64,000 bases of DNA from an uncultured virus (IMG/VR IMGVR_UViG_3300047195_000798) (lineage: Duplodnaviria; Heunggongvirae; Uroviricota; Caudoviricetes). Positions 27,788 through 36,833 of this stretch are shown piece by piece; position 1 is the first letter of the stretch, and each line of letters opens with the position of its first letter. The DNA lies in the IMG/VR virus record IMGVR_UViG_3300047195_000798; one strand, 5' to 3'. Below the pieces are notes generated by a model. It worked only from the letters and a program-made list of their open reading frames with translations, was not told the origin of the DNA and made no database searches. The position numbers and the translations under genes are program-made.

Positions 27788-28675
27788 ATGCAAGTGACCG
27801 TCATCATCACTTCGTTCAACGACCTTCGCATTCTGAAGACGTTAGATTCTTTGTTGCAGCAGACGAGAAAACCAGACTTCGTTGTCATAGCCGACGGCGG
27901 CTCTTCGGAACATTTCAAAAGGGAAGTATGGGATTATTTGATGCCGCATAAGAACATCATGTTCTATCATCTTCCCGGGCGGTGTATTGATACGAGACGG
28001 AAGGTGATCGATCTATTGGTTCTCAGGTCAAACTCTCCATTCAAATCGGATATCCTGGCTTGGATAGATGCAGATGAAATAGCAATGGAAGAATGGCTGG
28101 GATTGTTGATAGCTCCGATTGAGGCCGGGGAGGTAGATTTCACTGGCGGGCCCTGGAAACCGACGAAGGAAAAATCGAAACCGGAGAAGATACTGAACGC
28201 CATCCAGACGAAGAACCAGGAGTTTGCTGCAATCGATCAGACGTACATGGCGATGGGGAACAGCGCATGGCATACGGACATATTCAGAAAGATCGGGAAC
28301 TTCGACGATTCATCAGATTCGCAGACCGCAGATCCTTTACTCGCAAAGGAAGGCATCGTGGCCGGTCATTATGTTTCGGAAGACTTCGATCTCAATATTA
28401 GGGCGAAGGCCGCAGGGTTCAGGAGCCGATACATTCCAGGGGCGATAGTCTATCACGATCAATCCCATGTGAATACCTATCGGAAGCTGACCAAGTATTT
28501 CTACAACAACTACGTGAGGGCGGGGATGGCCTATTTCAAGAACAAGAGTGGCATGGGAAAGTTCGTGAAAGCATCGAGGCAGCCGCTCGTCCATCCATAT
28601 GAAGGATTTCTCTTGATGTTGAAACCGGTGGCATTTGTAAACGCATGGAGGGAATACAATAAGCTTGTTAAGTAA
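27788..28675 (+). CDS. GT2-family glycosyltransferase
   Basis: VTVIITSFN; ADGGS; DAD; SEDFDL; VYH. Confidence 0.9.
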   Translation: MQVTVIITSFNDLRILKTLDSLLQQTRKPDFVVIADGGSSEHFKREVWDYLMPHKNIMFYHLPGRCIDTRRKVIDLLVLRSNSPFKSDILAWIDADEIAMEEWLGLLIAPIEAGEVDFTGGPWKPTKEKSKPEKILNAIQTKNQEFAAIDQTYMAMGNSAWHTDIFRKIGNFDDSSDSQTADPLLAKEGIVAGHYVSEDFDLNIRAKAAGFRSRYIPGAIVYHDQSHVNTYRKLTKYFYNNYVRAGMAYFKNKSGMGKFVKASRQPLVHPYEGFLLMLKPVAFVNAWREYNKLVK

Positions 28676-29228
28676 ATATTGGAAATACAATCGGCGGGTG
28701 TTCGACATCATGAACACCGCTCTCAACCTGTCGCCACGGCCTGCGACTCTGGCGATGAAGAGGACCGGTAAAAAGAACATCGTCGCGGTGGAGGTCGGAG
28801 TGTTCTATGGGGACAATGCCCGTTCGATTCTCAGGACACTCGACATAGAACATCTGTATCTGGTGGACCCATACAAGACGTATACATGCGGCGGGTTCGA
28901 AGTGAAGATGGACAGCAAGATACTGAAGGAAGCGAAGAGGAAGCTGAAACCGTGGGAAGACAAAATATCGTGGGTACATAAGTATTCAGACATAGCGATT
29001 TACGAAATACCGGATGCGGACTTCATCTATCTGGATGCGAACCACGATTACGAGTTCATAAAGGAAGATCTGCGGAGATATTACCACAAGATGAAGTTGG
29101 GTGGGATATTCGGGGGACATGATTTCAAAACGCATCATTTGGGGACGATACGCGCCGTCGTAGAATTCACGAACGAATATGGATTGAAACTACAGGCAGA
29201 ACCAGATGATTGGTTTGTAGAGGTCTGA
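28665..29228 (+). CDS. Class I SAM methyltransferase (Methyltransf_24-like), paralog 3
   Basis: VEVGVFYG; VDPY; DFIYLDANH; GGIFGGHD. Confidence 0.85.
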   Translation: MLSKYWKYNRRVFDIMNTALNLSPRPATLAMKRTGKKNIVAVEVGVFYGDNARSILRTLDIEHLYLVDPYKTYTCGGFEVKMDSKILKEAKRKLKPWEDKISWVHKYSDIAIYEIPDADFIYLDANHDYEFIKEDLRRYYHKMKLGGIFGGHDFKTHHLGTIRAVVEFTNEYGLKLQAEPDDWFVEV

Positions 29229-29515
29229 TGTGCAAAAAAAGAAGTTCGGTGAATTGTTTTACAACTGAAAGAGATCAAGAGACGTTCAGGGTTGACCCAT
29301 GTATACGACATTTCATAAGAATAATGCGTGACATAGGGTTCAAAACGGTGGGAGCTTGTTGCGGTCACGGAGTATATCCCTTGACGGTCATCTGCCAGAC
29401 GAGTGAAGGAAAATATTTTGAATTGATTTCCGGGATAGACATATCGCGGACGAGGAAGTTCTATAAGATGGATTCAAATGGATACTATTATATTCCGGAA
29501 TTGGTGAAACAATGA
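29228..29515 (+). CDS. Small phage-type protein with VDxCI...CCGHG motif
   Basis: VDPCIRHFI...TVGACCGHG. Confidence 0.6.
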   Translation: MCKKRSSVNCFTTERDQETFRVDPCIRHFIRIMRDIGFKTVGACCGHGVYPLTVICQTSEGKYFELISGIDISRTRKFYKMDSNGYYYIPELVKQ

Positions 29516-29838
29516 AAAAAAAAACTATATTGCTAATAGCAATCATGATGATGATATCTGGTTTAAACAGTTATCTCGTTTTTTCTTTTTTGCAAGATGA
29601 TTCTAATGGTTGCATTGGCGGGACGGTCGACGGTCATGGCTATATGAGATTAGCGTCATGGTATAATGATTCAGCAGGATATCATCTCAATTTTTCTGTC
29701 GATGGTTTCAATAACTATTACAAGAACTTCTCGCAAAGCAGAGTTGCAAATCTTGATCAATATGTGGGGCAGTATGTTGAGGTCGGATACAATTCTTATG
29801 ATGACCGTTTAAATTGGGTTCATAAATTGGAGGGTTAA
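29512..29838 (+). CDS. Membrane-anchored/secreted small protein
   Basis: N-terminal hydrophobic helix, three sequons (NDS, NFS, NFS). Confidence 0.6.
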   Translation: MKKKTILLIAIMMMISGLNSYLVFSFLQDDSNGCIGGTVDGHGYMRLASWYNDSAGYHLNFSVDGFNNYYKNFSQSRVANLDQYVGQYVEVGYNSYDDRLNWVHKLEG

Positions 29839-30809
29839 TGATACTAAAAAACCATGAAGGATTAGAAGAATTCAATATCCCTGAGGATTGGTATAAACAT
29901 CGGGAATCAGGGATATCCGCGGTATTAAGAATCGGGAATGAGGAGCGCTGGATTGGCCCATGCATTGAGAGTGCCCTGCCGTTCTTCGACGAGATGGTGA
30001 TAGGCATCGAATGCACGGATCGGACGAAAGAGATCATACAGACGTTCGATTCTCCAAAGATAAAGATGTTTGATTATCCATTCAAGCTCGGGCATTTCTA
30101 CGATCAAGTCTATCCGGATACGGTACATACGACCGCCTATTTCTGCAACTGGACGATGTCAAAGACGACGAAGCAGATCATCTCGAAATGGGACGGCGAC
30201 ATGGTGATGCTACCCGACTTCTACAAGGCGCATGATCTCATCATGAAGAAGAACGCAGTGCGCAGTTGCGGATACCAACCGGTGAGTCTTAAACCGTTCA
30301 CACTATCGAATGGCGACCCATATGCATCATATCAATTGCGCTTTTCACGAGTCCATAGTTTCATGTATTGGAATCTTTGTCCACTGAAGAACTGGCGCAT
30401 CGAGACTGCAGCAAAAGAGAAATATGAGACATTCACTTATTCGGAAGCAAGTCTAAAAAGAAGCCTGACGCCATTCATAAAACGGGAAGGTGTCCCGACG
30501 ATGGCATATCTCTACCGGCTCTATAACTTTCTTTTCAACAAGGACATCTACTATGGATCGAAGGTGCGTTACTTCCTGAAGAACCAGAGGGAATGCTACA
30601 AGAAGATGTTCGAGCCGACCTACGTCCACACGAACATGCTGAAGATCAAGAACAACGACATCCACGGGACGAGCAAGGAATGGAACGAAGCTGTAAAGAC
30701 AGACCCAAAATACAAGAGCTGGTTGGAACCAGGCATCGTATTATTGGAGGGGAGCGACATCAGATTGCCGGAGTGTATCTTCAAGTTACCGGAAGATTAT
30801 TTGAGGTGA
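29838..30809 (+). CDS. GT-A fold glycosyltransferase, CgtA-like, paralog 1
   Basis: GISAVLR..NEERWIGPCIES; YPF; YFCNWTMSKT; KWDGD (DxD). Confidence 0.75.
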   Translation: MILKNHEGLEEFNIPEDWYKHRESGISAVLRIGNEERWIGPCIESALPFFDEMVIGIECTDRTKEIIQTFDSPKIKMFDYPFKLGHFYDQVYPDTVHTTAYFCNWTMSKTTKQIISKWDGDMVMLPDFYKAHDLIMKKNAVRSCGYQPVSLKPFTLSNGDPYASYQLRFSRVHSFMYWNLCPLKNWRIETAAKEKYETFTYSEASLKRSLTPFIKREGVPTMAYLYRLYNFLFNKDIYYGSKVRYFLKNQRECYKKMFEPTYVHTNMLKIKNNDIHGTSKEWNEAVKTDPKYKSWLEPGIVLLEGSDIRLPECIFKLPEDYLR

Positions 30810-31135
30810 ATAAAATGGAATATGATATTTGGAAAAATAAGCACAAGATATTGAATAGAATATTGCGCTGGATGTTCTTAGCAGATGTTAACGAACAAGA
30901 TCTTCATTTGAGAGAAGGTTGGACAATAGATGATTATGTCAAGTACAGGATTTATGTTATCATAGTCTGTTCGATACTTGGTTTGATGGCATTGGGACTT
31001 GTATTAACTACAATTCTGTAGCGGAGGGAAAATGTATTCCGATGAATTTGGTTTTATATTGGAAACAAAAACGGAAGTAGTGCTATTTTGGAGTAGCATT
31101 GCGCTGTTATTGATTCTACTCTAAAGAGGGCATTT

Positions 31136-32026
31136 ATGAAAGTGATGCTGGAAAATCGAGAGGGCCATAAAGAATTCAATGTCCACCCCGATTGGTACAA
31201 AAATCGCAAGCCGGGAATCAGTGCGATGATCCGCTGCGGAAACGAAGAGAAATGGATAGTGCCATGCCTCGAAAGCATCATGCCGTTCTTCGATGAAGTC
31301 ATAGTGACCGTTGGTCCAGTGGGAACGTCGAGGGACGGGACACTTAACGTGCTTGCAGAATATCAGCAAGGATTGCCAGAGGGCTCCTATTTCTATCATT
31401 ACAAGGATCGGAGGAAATTGCTCGTCTTGGAATATCCATTTTCTTTGAGGGAAAAAGATCCGCCGCCGGACAGCGTAAATGACAAATCATATTATTACAA
31501 CTGGACGCTCTCGAAGACGACGCATCAGATTGTCGCAAAGTGGGACGTTGATATGCAGATGATAGATGTTCCGAGATTGTATGCCGCCGTGATACGGAAG
31601 AACATCGTGCGTTTGAGGGGATATAACATCGTCGAAACAGATCCATATTATCTTTCGAAAACAAATCCGATGGAGCACTACGAGCCACGGTTCATGCGGA
31701 TAAACAAGCACATGCACTATGTCCAGGCACCGAGTTACATGCCAAAGCCGGTTCATGGTCGTGAGCTATTCACGTATGATGCTGCATCATTGATACCGAA
31801 TCCAAAGCTATGGCATGCGACAGACATGCCGCTATGGCTGTATCTATACAGGGTTTATAATGCACTAACAAAAAAAGACCTGTACTTCAAAACGCCGGCA
31901 TTCATCCATACGAAATATCTAAAGCTAAAGGAGAATCCAGAGGCATCGTGGGCGCCGAACTGGAAAGAAGAAATCGAAAAGGGGGAAAAATTATATATTG
32001 AAACAAATGAAAAAGATCATAGATAA
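31136..32026 (+). CDS. GT-A fold glycosyltransferase, CgtA-like, paralog 2
   Basis: GISAMIR..NEEKWI.PCLES; YYNWTLSKT; KWDVD. Confidence 0.75.
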   Translation: MKVMLENREGHKEFNVHPDWYKNRKPGISAMIRCGNEEKWIVPCLESIMPFFDEVIVTVGPVGTSRDGTLNVLAEYQQGLPEGSYFYHYKDRRKLLVLEYPFSLREKDPPPDSVNDKSYYYNWTLSKTTHQIVAKWDVDMQMIDVPRLYAAVIRKNIVRLRGYNIVETDPYYLSKTNPMEHYEPRFMRINKHMHYVQAPSYMPKPVHGRELFTYDAASLIPNPKLWHATDMPLWLYLYRVYNALTKKDLYFKTPAFIHTKYLKLKENPEASWAPNWKEEIEKGEKLYIETNEKDHR

Positions 32027-32900
32027 AATAGAGATGTTCATCTGGTATTGGCGAGCAACGGGAAACATCGAGACGATGGTATGGATCACCATACTTGCGA
32101 TAATCCGGTTGCCGAGGAAATACGCGCCCGGCATAGACCGAGCGAAGCTGTTGAGCGACATCACGACGAAGATATGCCGAAAGGAAACAATCATGAGGAC
32201 AAGATACGGGACGTTCTACGGGAATCTATCGATGGTTGCGAATATCAGCTCGAATTACGAAAAGAACATTCACCGGCTGCTCGTCGAAAATTATTATCGC
32301 AATAAAGACAGAAAGCGGATATTCATCAACATAGGTGCGCACGTAGGAAAATACCTGATAGACCTGACGAAGAACTACGGCTACGAATCATACGGATTCG
32401 AACCGACACCAACGACGGCCAAATATCTAAAGATCAATACAATACTATCTGGTGTCGAAGACAGAACAAAGGTATTCAATTTCGGGCTTGGACACAAAGA
32501 AGATGTTCTGGATTTCTACCAATCGACCGTGAGTGGATTCAATACATTCTGCCCTGACGAACAGATACTCGGCATGGAAAAGATACAGGCACCGGTAAAG
32601 AAGTTTGATGATCTTGATCTAGGAATAACTGAAGAAGACGTCTCCCTGATACTTATCGATGCCGAGGGGTTCGAATATAATGTATTGAGGGGGATGAAGC
32701 AATTCCTAAGCAGATTAGTTGACGTGGACATTATTGTAGAGATCCACGAGAATAGCAGGAACAAGAGATATATAACAAGATTGATGAAGGCATTGGGATA
32801 TGAAATACGCCCGATAGATACAGCGAACTGGCTGTATAGAAAAGAGCGAAAGGAGAGAAACAATGAAATTGACAGAGGATATGTTATCGTTGGGTATTGA
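31998..32900 (+). CDS. FkbM-family methyltransferase
   Basis: INIGAHVG; FEP; LIDAEGFEYNVLRG; IVEIH. Confidence 0.9.
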   Translation: MKQMKKIIDKIEMFIWYWRATGNIETMVWITILAIIRLPRKYAPGIDRAKLLSDITTKICRKETIMRTRYGTFYGNLSMVANISSNYEKNIHRLLVENYYRNKDRKRIFINIGAHVGKYLIDLTKNYGYESYGFEPTPTTAKYLKINTILSGVEDRTKVFNFGLGHKEDVLDFYQSTVSGFNTFCPDEQILGMEKIQAPVKKFDDLDLGITEEDVSLILIDAEGFEYNVLRGMKQFLSRLVDVDIIVEIHENSRNKRYITRLMKALGYEIRPIDTANWLYRKERKERNNEIDRGYVIVGY

Positions 32901-34176
32901 TGAAGTGCGGCCGAATCCACATCAACCAAGATCGTATTTCGATGAAGGAAAGATTCGCATCATGGCACAGAGCATTCAGGAGCATGGATTGGAGACCCCG
33001 ATGCAATTTGTTTGGAAGCCAGGTGATGATGGCAAGAAAGCCAGCATAAAAGACGGAGAACTGCGTTACCGTGCCCTCAAGATGGCAGGGATAACGAAAT
33101 TGATTTTCGGAACGCATTATCTGTACAAGGAAGTGGACAGCGACGAGGAGATGGAGCTGGGGGCTCTTATTGCCAATTGCATGCGTGAAGATTTATCGCC
33201 TGTCGAGAAAGGCAAGGCAATAATGAGCCTGATGAAACGAAAAGGTATCAAATCGAGGAAAGTTGCAATCTGTTCGTTGAACCGGGCGAAAGAATACATA
33301 GACAATGATTTTCTTTCCGAGCCGACCGCAAGGAACTTTTTCATCCAAGCAGATACTATCAAAGACATTGCACGGTACATGAAGGCGATTGGCATCAGCG
33401 GAACGAATGCAGTGGATCTTCTGCAGATATTGGAACTTCCCGTGGATATCCAGGAAAAAGTATATTTCGCCACGCCAAATACGAAAATATCAAGAGACGC
33501 AATGAAAATAAGTCGCTTTGGAAAGCTAGTGAAGCGAGAGAAGAACGACCAGGGGCGAAAAATACCGATTGCCCATGCAAATGAATTGTCCCGGCTTGAC
33601 AGCGATCAGATGGTCAGGTTCTTCCTGAAAAAAGCCTACGAACAGCAATGGTCATCGAAGCGGCTGAACATCATGGTGACGGACTACCTAGATAGTAAAA
33701 TGACGCCTGACGCATATATCATGGCATATGGGGCGCGAAGAGTCTCGGCCAGTGAGAAAGCAGCGAGGCATGATCTCAATTCTTTGACGACGAGCATGGA
33801 CCACATGGCTTCGACATTGACATCTTTCAGGACGATAAATCTGGTGGCATTGGCGCCAGAGTTCAACAAGAAGAGCATTGCGATATCGGCAACCGGATTG
33901 CGGAAGGCAACAGAAAGATTGCAGCAGGCCCTGGACGAAGTGCTTTGCAATGCAGTGCAGTTACAGAAGATTAAAACTGAGAAGAGGGTAACGGTTATCG
34001 ACAAGTCATTTACGGTGAGCCTGGGAACTTCACCACACATCGATGGGCCAGCATATCGTTTTAGCCTCCCGACCGATTTGGGGCGGGCCCTGCAAGAACA
34101 ACACGAACTGGAACAAGGAGACAGCCTTGAACTAAAGGTAATGACTGTCATTAAGAAAGGAGTGGCCTGTAATTGA
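32863..34176 (+). CDS. ParB/Sulfiredoxin N-terminal domain protein
   Basis: PNPHQPRSYF; SIQEHGLETP; DGELRYRA; NCMREDLSPVE. Confidence 0.85.
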   Translation: MKLTEDMLSLGIDEVRPNPHQPRSYFDEGKIRIMAQSIQEHGLETPMQFVWKPGDDGKKASIKDGELRYRALKMAGITKLIFGTHYLYKEVDSDEEMELGALIANCMREDLSPVEKGKAIMSLMKRKGIKSRKVAICSLNRAKEYIDNDFLSEPTARNFFIQADTIKDIARYMKAIGISGTNAVDLLQILELPVDIQEKVYFATPNTKISRDAMKISRFGKLVKREKNDQGRKIPIAHANELSRLDSDQMVRFFLKKAYEQQWSSKRLNIMVTDYLDSKMTPDAYIMAYGARRVSASEKAARHDLNSLTTSMDHMASTLTSFRTINLVALAPEFNKKSIAISATGLRKATERLQQALDEVLCNAVQLQKIKTEKRVTVIDKSFTVSLGTSPHIDGPAYRFSLPTDLGRALQEQHELEQGDSLELKVMTVIKKGVACN

Positions 34177-34325
34177 AGAAAAAACTGTGCCCACTCTGCA
34201 CAAAAACATTTCAAAGTATAAGAGACTGGGAAGGTCATCTCAGAAAGATACACGGGTTGAGTGAAGCGCACATAAAACTTTATTCGGAAGAGCAAAAAAC
34301 GGAGTTTGCAAAGAATATTGAATGA
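34173..34325 (+). CDS. C2H2 zinc-finger protein (50 aa, TTG start)
   Basis: LKKKLCPLCTKTFQSIRDWEGHLRKIH; below the ORF-track cutoff. Confidence 0.6.
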   Translation: MKKKLCPLCTKTFQSIRDWEGHLRKIHGLSEAHIKLYSEEQKTEFAKNIE

Positions 34326-34568
34326 ACTGACGGAGGGAAAAAATGGACGTCTATGACATTGATGTCTGTCCAAGAGCATCCGATGACAATCGAGTTGTCC
34401 TTGTCAGGCAGTTGGAAGAAGAACTAAAGAGATTGAAGCGGGAAATGCGGGATATGCCTAAGAAGAAAGATTACGATTGGGACAACATCGGAGCACCCGA
34501 TTTCATCGCATTGGTGAATGACCGTTTTAAGAAGATATTGAAAGTGAAAAACAGATTCGAGGTTTAGC

Positions 34569-35477
34569 ATGCGAGGCGATTGGAGATACGACCTGAAAAG
34601 ACTTACACCTAAATTCATCCATCCCGCAATCGACAAAATGCGGCCGATGTATGATAACTTCTGTGACATGTTCTATTCAAACTCGATTGTACAGGCATTC
34701 CCACGCGCAGTTATGCAAACAAGGCATGGCGAACGGATGAAATATGCGCTTGTCACAGAATACCCGCTAGCGTTTGAAAGTCCCGATCATATCAAGCCAC
34801 GGGGGACGATGTTGGACAACAGCAAGAACAACCGATTCAACGAGACGTTCTATAAGGTTGCGAACGAGCTGAAGTTCAAAGAGCCGTACTCAATATTAGA
34901 TCTTGGATGCGCTGGTGGCGGCATGGTCAGGACATTCATCAAGGATAGCCACAACGCGATAGGGCTAGAGGGATCCAACTATTGCAAGAAACGAGGGAAG
35001 TACGAATGGGGCGTGATACCAGAGAGCCTTTTTACCTGTGATATCACGAAACCATTCGAGATATTCTTAGCACCGCCACCGAATATGCAGCAAACAAACA
35101 AGAAGAGTGCACGGGAATGGCTGAAGGAATATGAGCGGACTGGTGGATATACGGCCAAGTTCGATCTCATCACGATGTGGGAAGTCCTGGAACATTTGAA
35201 GAAGAACGATCTCACAGTTTTATTCCAGAACATTAAGAGACACTTGGCACCAAATGGGTTGTTCATCTGTTCCATCTCACACATTCCAGACATCAACGAG
35301 GGGATGGTGCTGCATCAGACAGTGGAGCCGATTGAGTGGTGGGACGATATATTCATGCTACACGGGTTCGAAAGAAGGCAAGATTTTGAAAAGACATTTA
35401 AAGGAAAATATTTGAGGCATGAGGAGAATAGCTCATATCGGGTCTTTCAAAATTTAAATCATTCAAAGAAGGGATAA
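34569..35477 (+). CDS. Class I SAM-dependent methyltransferase
   Basis: ILDLGCAGG; GLEGS; CDITKPF; FDLITMWEVLEH. Confidence 0.9.
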   Translation: MRGDWRYDLKRLTPKFIHPAIDKMRPMYDNFCDMFYSNSIVQAFPRAVMQTRHGERMKYALVTEYPLAFESPDHIKPRGTMLDNSKNNRFNETFYKVANELKFKEPYSILDLGCAGGGMVRTFIKDSHNAIGLEGSNYCKKRGKYEWGVIPESLFTCDITKPFEIFLAPPPNMQQTNKKSAREWLKEYERTGGYTAKFDLITMWEVLEHLKKNDLTVLFQNIKRHLAPNGLFICSISHIPDINEGMVLHQTVEPIEWWDDIFMLHGFERRQDFEKTFKGKYLRHEENSSYRVFQNLNHSKKG

Positions 35478-35712
35478 ATATGGCTATATGTCTATGTTGC
35501 GGAAAACAAACAGGTGATGAATTAGATGAACTTGAGGGATAGGTGATAATAAAATGAGGCGAAGAGTTCCAGATGTGAAATGTCCTGTTTGTGGGCAATT
35601 GTTTCATCACCTTGGATATGCAAGACATAGAGCGATGCATCGTGACAGGTCGAAAGAACTTAGCAAGGTTGGTGCTGGATGCGGAAAATAAACCATTCAA
35701 AGCAGGGATAAA

Positions 35713-35949
35713 ATGAATAGAAGATATTATCCATGTGAAATATGCAAACAACCTATTGATTTCAAAACAGCGAAAGGAGAAGAACTCATGTGGGAGTTTG
35801 AAGGTGAAGGAGTTGCTCATACTGGTTGTGTTCCAGATGATTCCGAGAAATGGGAAACAACTGCTGATGTAATGATGGCGTGTGACATTGACGATGAACT
35901 GATGGAAAAGATTAGGCGTTATCGAGAAAAACATTCACAGAAGGGATAA
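35713..35949 (+). CDS. Small zinc-binding protein (cassette gene)
   Basis: CEIC...HTGC; bounded by junction repeats. Confidence 0.65.
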   Translation: MNRRYYPCEICKQPIDFKTAKGEELMWEFEGEGVAHTGCVPDDSEKWETTADVMMACDIDDELMEKIRRYREKHSQKG

Positions 35950-35951
35950 TC

Positions 35952-36323
35952 GTGAACGACAATATAAAAGCAACAAAAGATATTTATGAAGAAATAGAGG
36001 AATTAAAAGAAGAACTTGGAATACCAATAACATTATTGTTATTAACAGTAATTATTACTTTCTCTCTTATATTTTTTAAAAATCCAATGTTGACTTTTAT
36101 TATTTCTCTTATATCGATATGCGTCATAGTGATTTTTTCACCGAGGTCTTGGTGGATAAATGAAACGGAAGATGCAAAAAGTACAATGAAGAAAGTTCAT
36201 AGTATTTTTCCATTTATCGAAATAGTAGATACAAATGATAAAAAAAGACTGGCTGAAATTGATGCTGAAAGTAAAAGAGATGAAGAAGAATGGTATAGAA
36301 AAACAAGAGGTTCACCATTCTAA
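35952..36323 (+). CDS. Two-TM membrane protein (cassette gene)
   Basis: Two hydrophobic helices; bounded by junction repeats. Confidence 0.65.
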   Translation: MNDNIKATKDIYEEIEELKEELGIPITLLLLTVIITFSLIFFKNPMLTFIISLISICVIVIFSPRSWWINETEDAKSTMKKVHSIFPFIEIVDTNDKKRLAEIDAESKRDEEEWYRKTRGSPF

Positions 36324-36504
36324 GAAAGACCATTCAAGGAAGGAAGGTAAGATGATAAATGAATTGCATTGTATTGGATTGATTAATAAAATAGATGACG
36401 TAGCCAAAAATGAGGGAATGGAATACTACCATAGAATTGTTGTTATAAAGCAGTTGATAGAAGATTATAGGAAAAAGGAATGAAATTGAGAATCAGGAGG
36501 CACA

Positions 36505-36831
36505 ATGAAAAACAAAGCAGTATCGGCAATTATAGGTGTGATTTTGATGGTGGCAATCACCATAGCGATTGCAGCAACCATATTTATTTACGTACAAGGT
36601 TATTATGACGTTAAAGTAGATGCGTTTAAATCGGCGCATAACTTCATCAAGACAAAATTAAACTCTTCGGACATACAATTCTCAAAAGATGCAGGAACAC
36701 GCACCAATGCCGATGTATGGGTCGTAACCGGTGGAGGAGAATGCGAAAACGCATCACATTTTTCGTATACCGTCTCGATGACTCATGATTTTGGTTGGAG
36801 TCTTAAAGATTGTGAAATAAGCTGGGAATAA
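36505..36831 (+). CDS. Archaeal type IV pilin-like protein (class III signal peptide)
   Basis: MKNKA|VSAIIGVILMVAITIAIAATIFIYV; sequons NSS and NAS. Confidence 0.85.
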   Translation: MKNKAVSAIIGVILMVAITIAIAATIFIYVQGYYDVKVDAFKSAHNFIKTKLNSSDIQFSKDAGTRTNADVWVVTGGGECENASHFSYTVSMTHDFGWSLKDCEISWE

Positions 36832-36833
36832 AG

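Larger units (their letters stand above)
35460..36350 (+). repeat. Array of 18-bp junction repeats (consensus CATTCAAAGAAGGGATAA) separating AT-rich small genes
   Basis: 35460 CATTCAAAGAAGGGATAA; 35694 CATTCAAAGCAGGGATAA; 35932 CATTCACAGAAGGGATAA; 36331 CATTCAAGGAAGG (degenerate). Each sits immediately before a start codon. Confidence 0.85.

Noticed and set aside
26678..34176. 7-deazaguanine DNA modification system (QueF-like plus ParB)
   Set aside because: No dpdA/tgt, folE, queC, queD or queE in the window, and the QueF lacks its catalytic Cys. It cannot be excluded for the rest of the contig.
35460..36350. CRISPR array interpretation of the 18-bp repeats
   Set aside because: The spacers are 200-400 bp, unequal in length and contain whole ORFs. 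No cas genes are seen.
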